From: Neoechinorhynchus agilis
Lineage: Eukaryota > Animalia > Acanthocephala
Length of the DNA stretch: 64,000 bases
Reading direction: 5' to 3'
NCBI GenBank assembly: GCA_051530055.1
Contig: CM121342.1
Coordinates: 1-64,000 of the forward strand
The number at the start of each line of letters is the position of its first letter. Position 1 is the first letter of the stretch. This document shows positions 32,798 to 43,979 of the stretch, in pieces. The notes under the pieces were generated by a model. That model was not told where the DNA came from. It saw only the letters and a program-made list of their open reading frames with translations, and did no database searches. The position numbers and the translations under genes were made by a program.

Positions 32798-34041
32798 ACG
32801 TCTTCAATCGCTTCGTCGCTTTCAAACTCGGCTTTCCGATCTTATTCCACATATCCTCGTCGATGATACTAACTTCCGCGCCAGCATCAAAATTCATTGT
32901 CACTTGACATCCATCGACCCTCGCCGTTATTTCTGCTCGATTACCTTCGTCATTTGCAGTGCAGATTAGCCCATAACAACCATAACCTTTCTTAAGTTCC
33001 CACTCATCCTCTCTAGGCTGCACTCCTTTTACAGCTTCTACTTGTCTCACCCCCGCTTTTCTACACATTCGGGCAAAATGTCCGCTAATACCACACTTGT
33101 AACATTTTCCTCTACTTGTCGGACATTGAACTTTATCTCGATGAACGAATCCGCACCTTCCACATCGATTACCGAACTTCTCTTTCGGTTCTTGTACTCG
33201 CTTATCCTCTGGTTTCCTTGTGAACCTTTGACTTCTTATTATTCGATCAACCTCGACCTCTCCTCTTTGATCCGAACGCTCGTTACTTTTTGAATCACAT
33301 AACAGCTCACTCGCCTTTTCTGCTACCTCGATCGCTTCGGCAATCTTTAAGACTTCCTCCAATGATGCTGAATCCTTGCCTTGCATCGCAGCTTTTCTTA
33401 AAGCTTTCAAAGGTGTCGCCACGATTATATGATCTTTAATATTTTCGTCGACCGCTGATCGTTCATCCTTAACTTCCTTGTTGTAGAAACCGCATCCTCG
33501 TGCAGCTCCTCGTAGTGCTGTAGCCCACTCGGCGTGAGTTTGTCCTTCTGCTTTACGGCATGTACTAAAGAGGTAGCGCGCCGTTATCTGGTGCATTGGC
33601 TGTGCTACGTATCTACATAGCTGACTTCGTCGAACGGTCGGCCGGCTACCTTGGATCCATCCAGGCCAATAGACAGGATCTACGCTTTTCTTCGTCGCTT
33701 TCTTTGATTCCATTGATTTCCATGTGGGCTTCGGCTTGTTCTACGTACTCGGCCCAGTTCTCGACTCCATCGAAAGTGCGGAATGGGGTTATCTGTGCTC
33801 CCCGTATCACATTTTTCTGTTCAATCTGGGCCTTGGACACCATTTTGAACATCTCTTCCATCCACACCTTTTGCTGTCCCATGATACCCTCCATCCATGT
33901 CTTCCATTTGTCCTCGTCGCCAGATGTTGACATGGTGGATGAACCAAACAGCAGACCAGTTTTTCAACAAAACTGTTTTTGTACATCACACACTATTTTA
34001 TGCCCATTAACGCTAGCGCAATCAATAGCGTACTTACCACA

Positions 34042-36474
34042 ATATCAAGCCTTCGAACTTCTTGCAATTCCTCGTCTAGACAACGCGAATAGCAAGGGGG
34101 AGAGGGGATCCACTTGCTTTACTCCTCTTCGGAAACTAATAGGGTCTGGCGTTGGGCATACGGATCTTCGTACTGCTTCCGCAGTAAGAGCTCATCACTT
34201 ATCTTTGCAGATAGTGAGGACACCCTATTTTACGAAGCGATTCCTCTATGGTAGCATGTGAAACAGTGTCAAAGGCACTCTTTATGTCGAGCACACCCAC
34301 CGCAAAAGGTATCCTGTTTGCCCGCTTTTCTTTAACAACACTACGAAGAGTTAGTGGATTAGCCATACATGCCGACGGGTCAAACGCCGTTTGTCCAGCG
34401 TCCAGACAGCATACTCTTCGAAGCCGCTTTAGAATGATGCGATGCAAGACACGCATCAAAATGGAGGAGATCGTAATCGGTCTCCAACCGGCCTGAATTT
34501 GCAGCGTTACCGGTGACGCACTTGATTTGGGCAACAGGATAGTTTTGGACTCATTCCACGATTGTGGCGGGCCTCCGTGTTGCATGACGAAGTTAAAGAG
34601 CAACGTCATACCCAGAAGTAACGGATCGAAGGCTCGAACATGTCGAACCGTTATCTTATCCGGACCCGATGCGCTTGAAGACTTAATGCTTTTGAGGGCA
34701 TCTTCGACTTCCACCGTTGTGATGACTGGCCAACGTTCCTCTGGAGACTGCTGTTGATCTGCAACAGTACTCTTTAGCAGACTCGCAGGTTGGACGTTCC
34801 CTTCAAATAGACGACGATAATGGTCAATTGTTTCTTGCGGATTCAGCTCATATTCCCTTCTCTCTGCATTTTTAAACACCTCAGCTGCAAGCTTCGGGGT
34901 GTTTTCAAAATCCAGGGCGCGATTTCGTCTCCTCTTGAGTCCACCGTCTTGGTATCTCGCAATACCGCGACATCCAACACATGGATAAATGCCGTATGCG
35001 TCGATCCACACGTTGTAAGCGTGTGTTCCAATCCCGGCACAAAAGATTCGACGCACTTGTCTTTCTAAAGGCGAATTTACCGAGAAATCACTTGAGTATA
35101 CTGGAGTGGCAGCGAACTAGGGGATACTACGCTATTCTTTAAAAGACCTCCAAGTTGGACTTCCAGAGACACGTTCGCGTCAAAGACGTTCTGTGCAACT
35201 TGGGCATATTATTCCTTGTTGTTTTGAACCTCCATTGTGACTTTCGTTACTACCTTCTTCCACAATGAAGGATTACCCAGTACGTGGTAGGCAATAGCGG
35301 TGAGAGCCTGAGTCAGACCTTTCCTGAGCTTAATGATCTTAAGGCCTAATTCTCGCGCTACAGAGACTTGAGGCACCTCGTTACTCCGATCACATCGCAA
35401 GTACTGAGCATATCGCATAGTCGCCGCATTGACAAATTCACCATTAATGGAACCTTCCGATTGACGGAGGATATCTCGCTCCGTCTCAAGAAAACCTCTG
35501 TACCTTGGATGGAGATTATTCTTGTTCAGCACGTCAACAACACTTTCATACGCCTCGACCACTGTAAAGACAGTCGACTTGATAGAACAGTCTGCCATTG
35601 TGGTGCCCCCTTCACACCGGCGTCTTGACTGTGGCGTATGATTTTCATGCAAGAACTGGCGTTGCGTTTCCATGCCACCTACAAGGGTAGGTGAGCGGAT
35701 AGAAGGGCTTTCTTCGTTTAATACCTCTGGAGGTTCGCGTTCCTCCTCGCTGACCAGCTCGTTGACCGATTGCTCTGTAGGCGGATCCATTCTGTCGTTT
35801 CTTTCACTTTCCTGATTATTGGCCACGGATGAAGCCGCATCCCGTCTACATTTGCAGACATTCATGTGGCCCCGGACAGACACATAATTGTCCGACCTGT
35901 ATGCCGAACACGCCGGGCATTGATACAACACTGATGTTGATCCGTGTTCGTGCATAAGGTGGTCCTTCAAGACTTTGGTCCGGTTACTCCCGTGGAATGT
36001 GGCGTAGCATTCTGAGCATTCCACGGGTCCCTCTGGCTCTTTGTTAGCGATGATAAGGCCACCTTTCCCTGCTAAAGGGGCCACTTTTACGACTGTCTCT
36101 TCATCAAATAGGGCTGCTGCCTTTGGCGGGTTCTTTTTGGAGCACGTCTTAAAGTGTAGGCCAATTGAACAGATGGACTCCTTCGTCAGTCCACATACAC
36201 CACACATCCATTCCACAGCCTGCTTGTGGAATGATGTCATGTGCTCGCTAATCAGTCTCACTTTCGTCTTTCCGGTAAATATCACTTTCGGCTTGCAATC
36301 TGGGCATTCAATACATTCCTGATGGACCCGATGGTACTGCAGGTATACTTTTGCATGCCGTTGTTCACGCGTTGGTCTTTGGTTATCGCCATCTAGAATT
36401 AGGAGCGCCAAGTCCTCGGTGGGAGGGGGTGTATCCGATGACTCGTCGTCAATTATTTGGTTTCTTTCAGAAGA
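34042..36474 (-). mobile_element. R2-like element C, 5' part (four zinc fingers, OTU-like segment, RT domains)
   Basis: 5' junction TAACTATGACT|TCTTCTG; ORFs 35209-36492 and 34199-35056. The RT reading RRLD-I-GVQLKG resumes at 29772 across the gypsy insertion. Confidence 0.93.
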
Positions 36475-36527
36475 AGTCATAGTTACGTCCACCGTTTACC
36501 CGCGCTTAAATTAATTTCTTCACTTTA

Positions 36528-36558
<31 letters not shown>

Positions 36559-36682
36559 CGTCAACACCGATTACAGCTATCGCAATGCTTTGTTTTAATT
36601 AAACAGTTGGATTCCCCTTGTCCATACCAGTTCTAGGCCAGCTGTTTAACGCTGATCGGATCCCCGCGCAAGAAGCGAGCGT
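36475..36682 (-). pseudogene. 28S: 208-nt 28S fragment upstream of the R2 site (equivalent to 4962-5169)
   Basis: Near-exact reverse complement of the first 28S copy. Confidence 0.95.
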
Positions 36683-38990
36683 CTCCCCCTCCGCAAATAG
36701 ACATCATTCGGTAGGGTGGGGCGTTTTCTCGTCCCTACACTTGTGCGCAGAATCGGCACTTTTGATTCTTGAGATGCTTCAACTTCTTGATCATCAATTT
36801 ACTATTCTACTTTTACGGCGATTGTTTCTTTGCTTTCTTCATTCTCGTCTGGCCCTGCTTCTTGCCCCGAATGCTTCTCTTCAGCAGTTCTTTCTACTTG
36901 GTTTCTCGGCTCGGTCTTTACGATTGCCTCTTCCCGCTTTCTTATCTTGTTTGCATGTGTTCGACGCGTTCCCATATCGGTGTCCACTTCATAGGATAGT
37001 GGACCATTTCGTTTTGCGATTGTCGCCTCCTGATATTTTCCAGTTTGCATATTCCTCCACCATACGGGAACTCCTATGCCAAAACTTGTTTCCATCGCGG
37101 AAGCTTGATCGTGGTGTGCCTTGGATTTGTCCGACCTATCTTCGTGCCAACTTTTTAGACCATGCCTCCAATTATCGAAAATTGTCGGTACTCGTCGACG
37201 AATTATAGCTTCTGAGGGACTTTTACCTGTGGTCGAATGCGGTGTATTTCGGTTGACTTCCAGGAATCGCCAGAGATTGGTATTCCTATGGTCCGGTCCT
37301 CTTTTCAGTACTCGGTCCTTTAATGTTTGGACGAATCTTTTTGCCAAACCGTTTGTCTGCCTGTGGTACGGACTTGCCTTGATGTGTGTTATGCATTCGT
37401 CCATGCAGAACTTCCGAAAGGCAGCAGCTATAAATTGTGGACCGTTGTCGCTAACAATTTGCTTCGGTGAGCCTCATATAGCGAACATTCCTCTCAATTT
37501 CTTAGCTAGCGATTCTGACGTCCATTGCTTTGCTGGAATCACCTCCGGCCACTTGCTGTGAGCGTCCACCAACACCATATATAGCAATCCGTGGACCGGA
37601 CCGGCGAAGTCGACATGAATTCGTTCCCACGGTTGCTTTGGATAGTCCCACATTAGCATCGGCTGTTCCTTCGTTCTTGGACGAATCGTTTGACAGCTGC
37701 CATCCAACTGAGGCCACCACACATAATACCGGGCATAGCTTTTCATTGCCGCCTCCCCTGGATGCCCGCTGTGCAGGATCGACAAGACTCGCGTTCTAAG
37801 GGACTCCGGGATCACAATGCGCTGTAGCCACATTAACATTCCATTTTCGCATGAGATTTCATTGTTGAACTTGAAGGTTGGCAATCTCGTGATAAATTCA
37901 ATCCCGAGGTCACGTTCTGAAACTTATCGTTTGCAGCAACAGTTTCGGGCCAACCAAACTTCATGTATCGACAAATTCTTTGCAATTGATGATCCCCTCT
38001 CGATTCGTTTCTGATCAGGAACGCCGACAATCCAATCTGATCACTTTTCTCCTGCTGCAAGCAATATAGATTATCGAAAGTTTCTATCGGCCGCTCTCAA
38101 TGGGTGACCGTGATAGTGCATCGGCGTAGACGTTTTGTTTGTACGACACGTTTTGGGTTGCATAGTTATAGTTCGTCAACAACAGGGCTCATCTCACCAT
38201 ACGATCTTTCGACATTTAGGAAAGATCCCATTCAGGTCCAAATATATATGTTAAGGCCTTATGGTCGGTCCATATCTGAAATTCGCGACCATAAAGATAC
38301 ATGTGAAAACGTTTGACTCCAAACATGATCGACAAAGCTTCCTTATCTGTTGTACAATACCGAGATTCGGTCTCGGAGAATACCCTCGACACGAATGAGA
38401 TAGGTAAGAGTTCGTTTTTCTTATTCAGATTGCATAGAACTGCTCCGAGTCCACTATTACTTGCGTCGCAAGCGAGAAAGAGGGCTTTCGCTTGTGAATA
38501 TGGAACTAGCGTATGTGGTATTGATAGGATCTCTTTGGCTTTACGGATCGCATCTTCCTCTTTTTCTGTCCACACAAATTGCTTCTATTTCCGTGCTAGA
38601 TCATGTAAAGGCTTACAGATGTCCTGAAGATGCGGCGTAAATCGTGAGTTGTATGATGCCAACCCCTGCCATGATTTAAGATTCTGTTTTGTAGTTGGTC
38701 GTGGAGCATCTCTTATAGCTCGTGTCCGCTCTTCGTATGGTCGGATAGAATTCTCCTTTATAACGAAGCCAAGGTACTCTATCTTATCTGTATAAAACGA
38801 ACATTTTTGTTTAGAAACTGTAAGTCCAACTTCACGAAATCTCTCCAACAATCGCCTCAAGCTTTTTATATGGTCTTCTTCGGTATCCGAAACGATTATC
38901 AGGTCTACTTCTACACCCGGTAAATGATTATTTATTAACGACCTTTCGAACCTCGTCGGCTTCATCATCCGTATGTTTGTTAGCTAACAT
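36683..38990 (-). mobile_element. Ty3/gypsy (Mag-like) RT/RNaseH/integrase fragment; PPT abuts 28S; no LTR
   Basis: FLACDASNSGLGAVL, WTDHKAL, VDFAGP, VDAHSKWPEV, SPYHRQTNGLAKRF; GCGGAGGGGGAG purine tract at ~36683-36694. Confidence 0.88.
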
Positions 38991-38999
38991 GTAAAGTTT

Positions 39000-40780
39000 T
39001 GTGTTAGGTATTTGGAAAGCAGTAGAAATAAAATAGGCGAAAGCGGCGAACACTGCGGTACTCCAGTCAGAGGATATAATAACGTTTTTGAGGTGGCATG
39101 GTCGTAATAGAAAGATTCCGTGAATAATATATTATAGATTCTAGAGATAACATTGCAAGGAATGCAAAAAATTCTAGAATTTCCCTAATAAAATGAAGAG
39201 ATATTTTGCCAAATTCTAGAGACTCCCACGGTTAAAATAGCCCGGATGGGTATGCTTGAGTTACTAAAACTGGAACAAAAATAGGTTAGTACTAAGTAAC
39301 GAAGGTTATTGGAATAATTAACAGATCTTTTACCGTTTTTAACCCGAAAAAATCCGTGTCGATATATTGTATCCCCTCTAAGCATAGGGAGAGCAATTGA
39401 GCACCAGTTTTGCAAAAAGTAAATAGAATCCTGCGACAGAAGATTAAAAAATTTGGTGCCAGTGATGCTATTAGAAGAGGATAATTTTTGATTCATCGGC
39501 CATACTTTTAGCATGTCATTAAGAATCAGGTCAGAACGGATTGCTATTAAGCTGCGAAAAACTATAGATGGCATATTGCAATTAGCACAACTTAGTGAGT
39601 GAAATTCAAATACTGTACCAAGAATATTATCTAACGTGACGGATTTTTGACAGTTTGAAAGTTTCGGCTTCCAGTTGGTGAAATTTATCTTAGATAAAAC
39701 GTTTCACCACCCAGGGGAAAATTTCACGGTTTCTAAAAAAGCACTTTCATGTCTTTGTTGCTACCTGCATCTAGCAGTCCAGTGGCGTTTCTAAGGAACT
39801 TTATTGAGGAGAACGTCGTTACCCTGTTTAGCTAAGTATAGTTATCACCTCAGAATACAAAAGGATCTGCTTTCACATGATCTAAAGAAGGCCTGTTCTG
39901 GTTTATAGAGATAGATGCTAGCAGTCAACATACCTAAGATTAACCTGATAAAATTGATGAGATAAAAGGTTATTGATTACAAAACGAAAGAGAGCGCGTT
40001 CCGTGTGAGCTTATAAGCAATGAGTCATTGGGTAGGCAGGACCATAGTGCAACGTCGTGTCTAGCAAAGTCAAACAAAAATACTTGACCTTTGACTCGAA
40101 GTAAGAAATTAATATTCCTCTAATGTACGAAGAGATCTAAGAATGAATGAGTGTTGTTTGTGACCAAATAAAAAGAGGGATTCAGTGGTATCGTAAAGTC
40201 GAGATTTCTTACTGCGTTAACTATTGGTTTAATCGATTTAATTGAGGGATCATTAAAATCTCCAACTACAACATCGATGTTAGATTTGAGAAGCCACTTA
40301 AGCCTATTTTTAGTGGAGGGACGATGCGTAAAATCGGGGTCTTGTGTATAAGTTCACAATGGTAAATTGCTGCTTATTGAATAAAAAAATTAAAGAGGGA
40401 GTTGGGCAATTCATTCGAAAGGAATGAAGAGATAACATTTGCATTGAGCGACAACTAAAAAATTGAAATGAGACCTGCCTGCCTTCTAGTCTATTACTCG
40501 GCTAAAGTCCGTTGGTGAGGAATTGAGCTCTTTGTTAAGTTGTGGAGACTGAAGATCTAATTGGGCAGCTTGGAATTTAGGTAGTCGCGAGAAAGGGACA
40601 GCAATTTTTGGATTGTTAAGTAGAACTTCATTGTTCCACCTAAATGATTCGATGATTTGATGCTTTTTACGCGGTGGTTTTTTAATGAACGAATCTACGG
40701 GGTAGCGCTTTAATATAACATTGATTGTTTAGGCATGACCGGATTGAACTTGATAATTAATACGTGTGATAATCTTTTAA
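39000..40780 (-). mobile_element. Highly decayed APE-type LINE (CR1/L2-like)
   Basis: VVVGDFNDP and SFLDLF endonuclease motifs at ~40130-40290; the rest is only weakly recognisable. Confidence 0.5.
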
Positions 40781-40791
40781 TGGAATAGAAA

Positions 40792-41643
40792 AAATAGGCC
40801 TTCCGATTTACGTTTGAAAATGTCTATTGGATAGAAGGTCCTTCGAGTTGTACATCCTTTTCAAGGAGCTGATTTCTGTATTCAAATTAAGGAGAGCGAG
40901 CAATTGCATTCTTACTCCGGGATTAAGTGAACCCTTTTAAGATAGGATGTCCGTTTGTCATTCTCCGTTGCATAGTTAGCTTGCTATTTTTTAAAACTAA
41001 GTCCTTCTTCACCAAATCGTTCCATCTGGTTGGAAACATATTTTATATGCTGCCAGCTTTACAAATCGGTTATAAATTTTCATTCGGGGAAACTTAAAAC
41101 TGCACTTTAATTCAGCAATGAACATCTTTCATGGAATACCTAAAAAAGGAATAAAATCCATGATAATTTAAAGACTTCGAGCAAGCAGACTACATTACTA
41201 ATTGTCACAAATTATTTCGATTAAAAAATGAAGATTAAAATTTAAACGTGCGCCAAATAATTTCACAGACTATATTTCTTCCGTTTTTTGTACATTGCAA
41301 ATCGCCGTCTGTTTCTTATCGCTGCTTGTACATTCCGCGCATCGCTCTGTTTTGTTCGCTGATGAATTGAGCGATTTTGAATCTGATTGTTTGTTTTAAC
41401 CTTTTTTCCGAGGACCCGTGATGGCACCTTGGAGCATCAATGAACGTGACTAATTTTTTGAAAATAATTCTAAACGTGTTTTGCCGTATCGATGGAGGCT
41501 TCCGATCGGCAGAGAATATCTCTCTAAATCTCAGGAAAACTTCTGTACCTTGGATGGAGATTATTGATGATTAGCTCATCCACCACGATCTCAGACGCAG
41601 ATGCCCCTTCACACCTGCGTTTTGACTGTGGCGTATGATTCAA
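40792..41643 (-). repeat. Repeat unit U, copy 4, headed by 34 nt of 28S downstream flank (41644-41677)
   Basis: Same head and same GGCCTATTTTTTCT end as copy 3. Confidence 0.85.
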
Positions 41644-41677
41644 AACGTCACCAATTGGATGACGAGGCATTTGGCTA

Positions 41678-43034
41678 GGCATGCATTTATTTTGGAGATA
41701 TGCTGTTTCACACGGGTTTAATACTTCATCAATTTTTTTCCATATTTCTTTATAGCTGATTTTTCATTTATTTGAATTGTGTTCCATGCATTTTATTCTC
41801 AGGCCCAGGGCAAAAAATTCGTCGTTCGTTCTTATCGAAGGGGGTGTTGACCGTGAAATCGCAGGAGTATGCTGCGACAGCAGCACCGAGGTGAACTTCC
41901 AGTAGTACATTCGCGTCCGAGACGCTAAGTGCAACGTTTTGATAGTACTCCATGTTGCTCTGTACCTCCGTTAAGGTCTTCGAAGATACCTTTCTCCATA
42001 ACGAAGGGTTACCTAGTACATGGTAAGCGATCGCACAGAGTAACTGACGAGGACCTCTGCTCAGCTTAATGATCCTCAGGCCCATCTCCCTCGCTCTGGA
42101 GGTAGTAGGCACTTCAGTGCTACGCAGGCAGCACAAGTACTGTTCATACCGCGACGCTGCCGCATCCACAAAATCACCATTCGGTGGACCTTCCTTGTGT
42201 CTTAAGACACGTCCCTCGTTCTCGAGGTGACTGCGCTGTCGAGGATGTAAATCCTCTTTACCGAGAACCTCGGTAATAAACTCGTACGCCTCGGCAACAG
42301 TAAAAACTGTTGGCTCGACAAAACAGTCAAGTGCATAAGTATCGCATTCACTCGTAGCACAAGACTGTAGCGTACTCATCATGGAGCTTTCATGGCCGGC
42401 CGGTTCCACGTCACCTGCAAAGCCAGCTGATTCTTGGTCAGAGGGGAGGCGTCCGTCTTGATCATTGATTAGTTCGATTGCGTTATCCTCCATAGACTGA
42501 GGTTGGCTGATCTCAACATGTTCAACATGTTCCACATTATTTGGCTCGCCACTTGCTCACACGGCATTGCTTGCACTCAAGCGGCCCATCAGTTTCCTTC
42601 GTTGCAATGACAAGTCCGTGTTTTCCTGAAATGGGCGCGACTTTGACAATTGTGTTTTCGTAAATTTAGGCCTTCGTCTTTGCCGGTTGTCGAATAGATC
42701 ATGTCTTAAAATGAAGTCCGATTGAGCCGATCGAATCGTTTCTTAAACCACAGATGCCACACCCGTCCTACAGCTTGCTTGTGCTTCTTATTCATATGAT
42801 CACTTATCAATTTGATTTTGGATTTTCCAGTCAACACCATGGAAGGCTCGCATTGTTGACATTTGAAAAGTTCCTGGAATGACCGATGATATGGTAAATA
42901 GACTTTGTCCGGCTTTTGTTGTTCACGCGGTGAAGATTGAGGCAGTTAATGCGCGTCATCTGCAATGGGAAGCGCACAGTCGCCGGTGGATTGGGGAGTA
43001 AAATTTGACTTGTTTGTTGTCGGTTTTTTGGAAA
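41678..43034 (-). mobile_element. R2-like element D: 1357-bp internally deleted derivative with both ends (no RT or RLE)
   Basis: ~30-nt 28S leader (43035-43064) ending TAACTACGACT|; zinc-finger and OTU-like coding; RRIFCPG joined to a ~100-nt 3'UTR ending AATAAATGCATGCC|TAGCC. Confidence 0.87.
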
Positions 43035-43099
43035 AGTCGTAGTTACATCTTCCGTTTACCCGCGTGCTTTTAGGTTTTTAAATACAGTCCCTTATTAGG

Positions 43100-43880
43100 C
43101 AAGGCATAAGACAGCTATGCAAGGTGGTGCTTGAAGATGATGTCATTGAAAGCCCTCTGAGCGCGACAGAGAAGCATGTGGTATGAAAAAGGTTCATGTT
43201 GGTGACGTAATTGATAGCTCTCTGAGGCAAGCAGAGAAGATAAAAGGTGTGGGCTATGTGACGTCATTAAAAGCTCTCTGAGGAAAGCAAAGAAACTAAA
43301 AGTTCGGGCTATGTGACGTTTTTTAAAAGCTTTCTGAAGCAAGCAGAGAAGTTAAAGGTACGGGCTATGTGACGTTATTAAAAGCTCTCTGAGGCTGGCA
43401 GAGAGGCTTGCGGTATTGGTTGTTGATTAAAACGTTCGATGTTAGAAGGCATAGAACTTTGAGAAGAGTTGGGTACAGACGGAACGTTCGTTCTTGTTTA
43501 CGATACAAAAGTATCGGATTAAAAATGTTGAAAAAATAAGGCATTTGAATTATTGTATTAGTGATTGATTTAAGTTGGTGTTAGGTAAGACTGTTAGTTG
43601 GCGCTAGTGGTTTATATGTCATATTATTGGATTAATGTGATTACTGAAAGCTAACTTGGATGTTGTTGAACTCCATCTGAGTAACTGGTGGTTGAGTTGA
43701 GCGGTAAATAGTGGCGGAAATGCCAATTGATGGCGTTATGTGCACGTGAACTATAATGTTAGTAATGCTAAGTTAATAAAATTATCTGACCTACGGGTCA
43801 GTTAGAACTGTTGGTGACTCATATAAATGGTGCAAACGGATTTTGATTATCCTTCTTGGTTGAAGTAGAGATGTTTAGTA
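43100..43880 (+). repeat. Displaced rDNA IGS-like block with ~50-60 bp subrepeats
   Basis: AAAGCTCTCTGAG...CAGAGAAG units (43130-43410) and a tract matching 58490-58630; 43410-43540 also resembles 21660-21780. Confidence 0.75.
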
Positions 43881-43979
43881 AGTGGAAGATTTGGGAGGGC
43901 ACATGGTAGCGTTCATCGAGTTGAGTGTGTTTTCGAGCTGACATTTATACAGATTGGCGAAAGGCTGATATCTGTGAAG

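Larger units (their letters stand above)
29773..34041 (-). mobile_element. Ty3/gypsy (Mag-like) LTR retrotransposon with both LTRs, nested in R2-like element C
   Basis: 117-bp LTRs at 33925-34041 and 29773-29889 (5 mismatches); PBS TGGCGACGAG; PPT GGGGGAGGAAA; gag with two knuckles, DAG protease, RT (YLDD), RNaseH, integrase; frameshifted. Confidence 0.96.
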
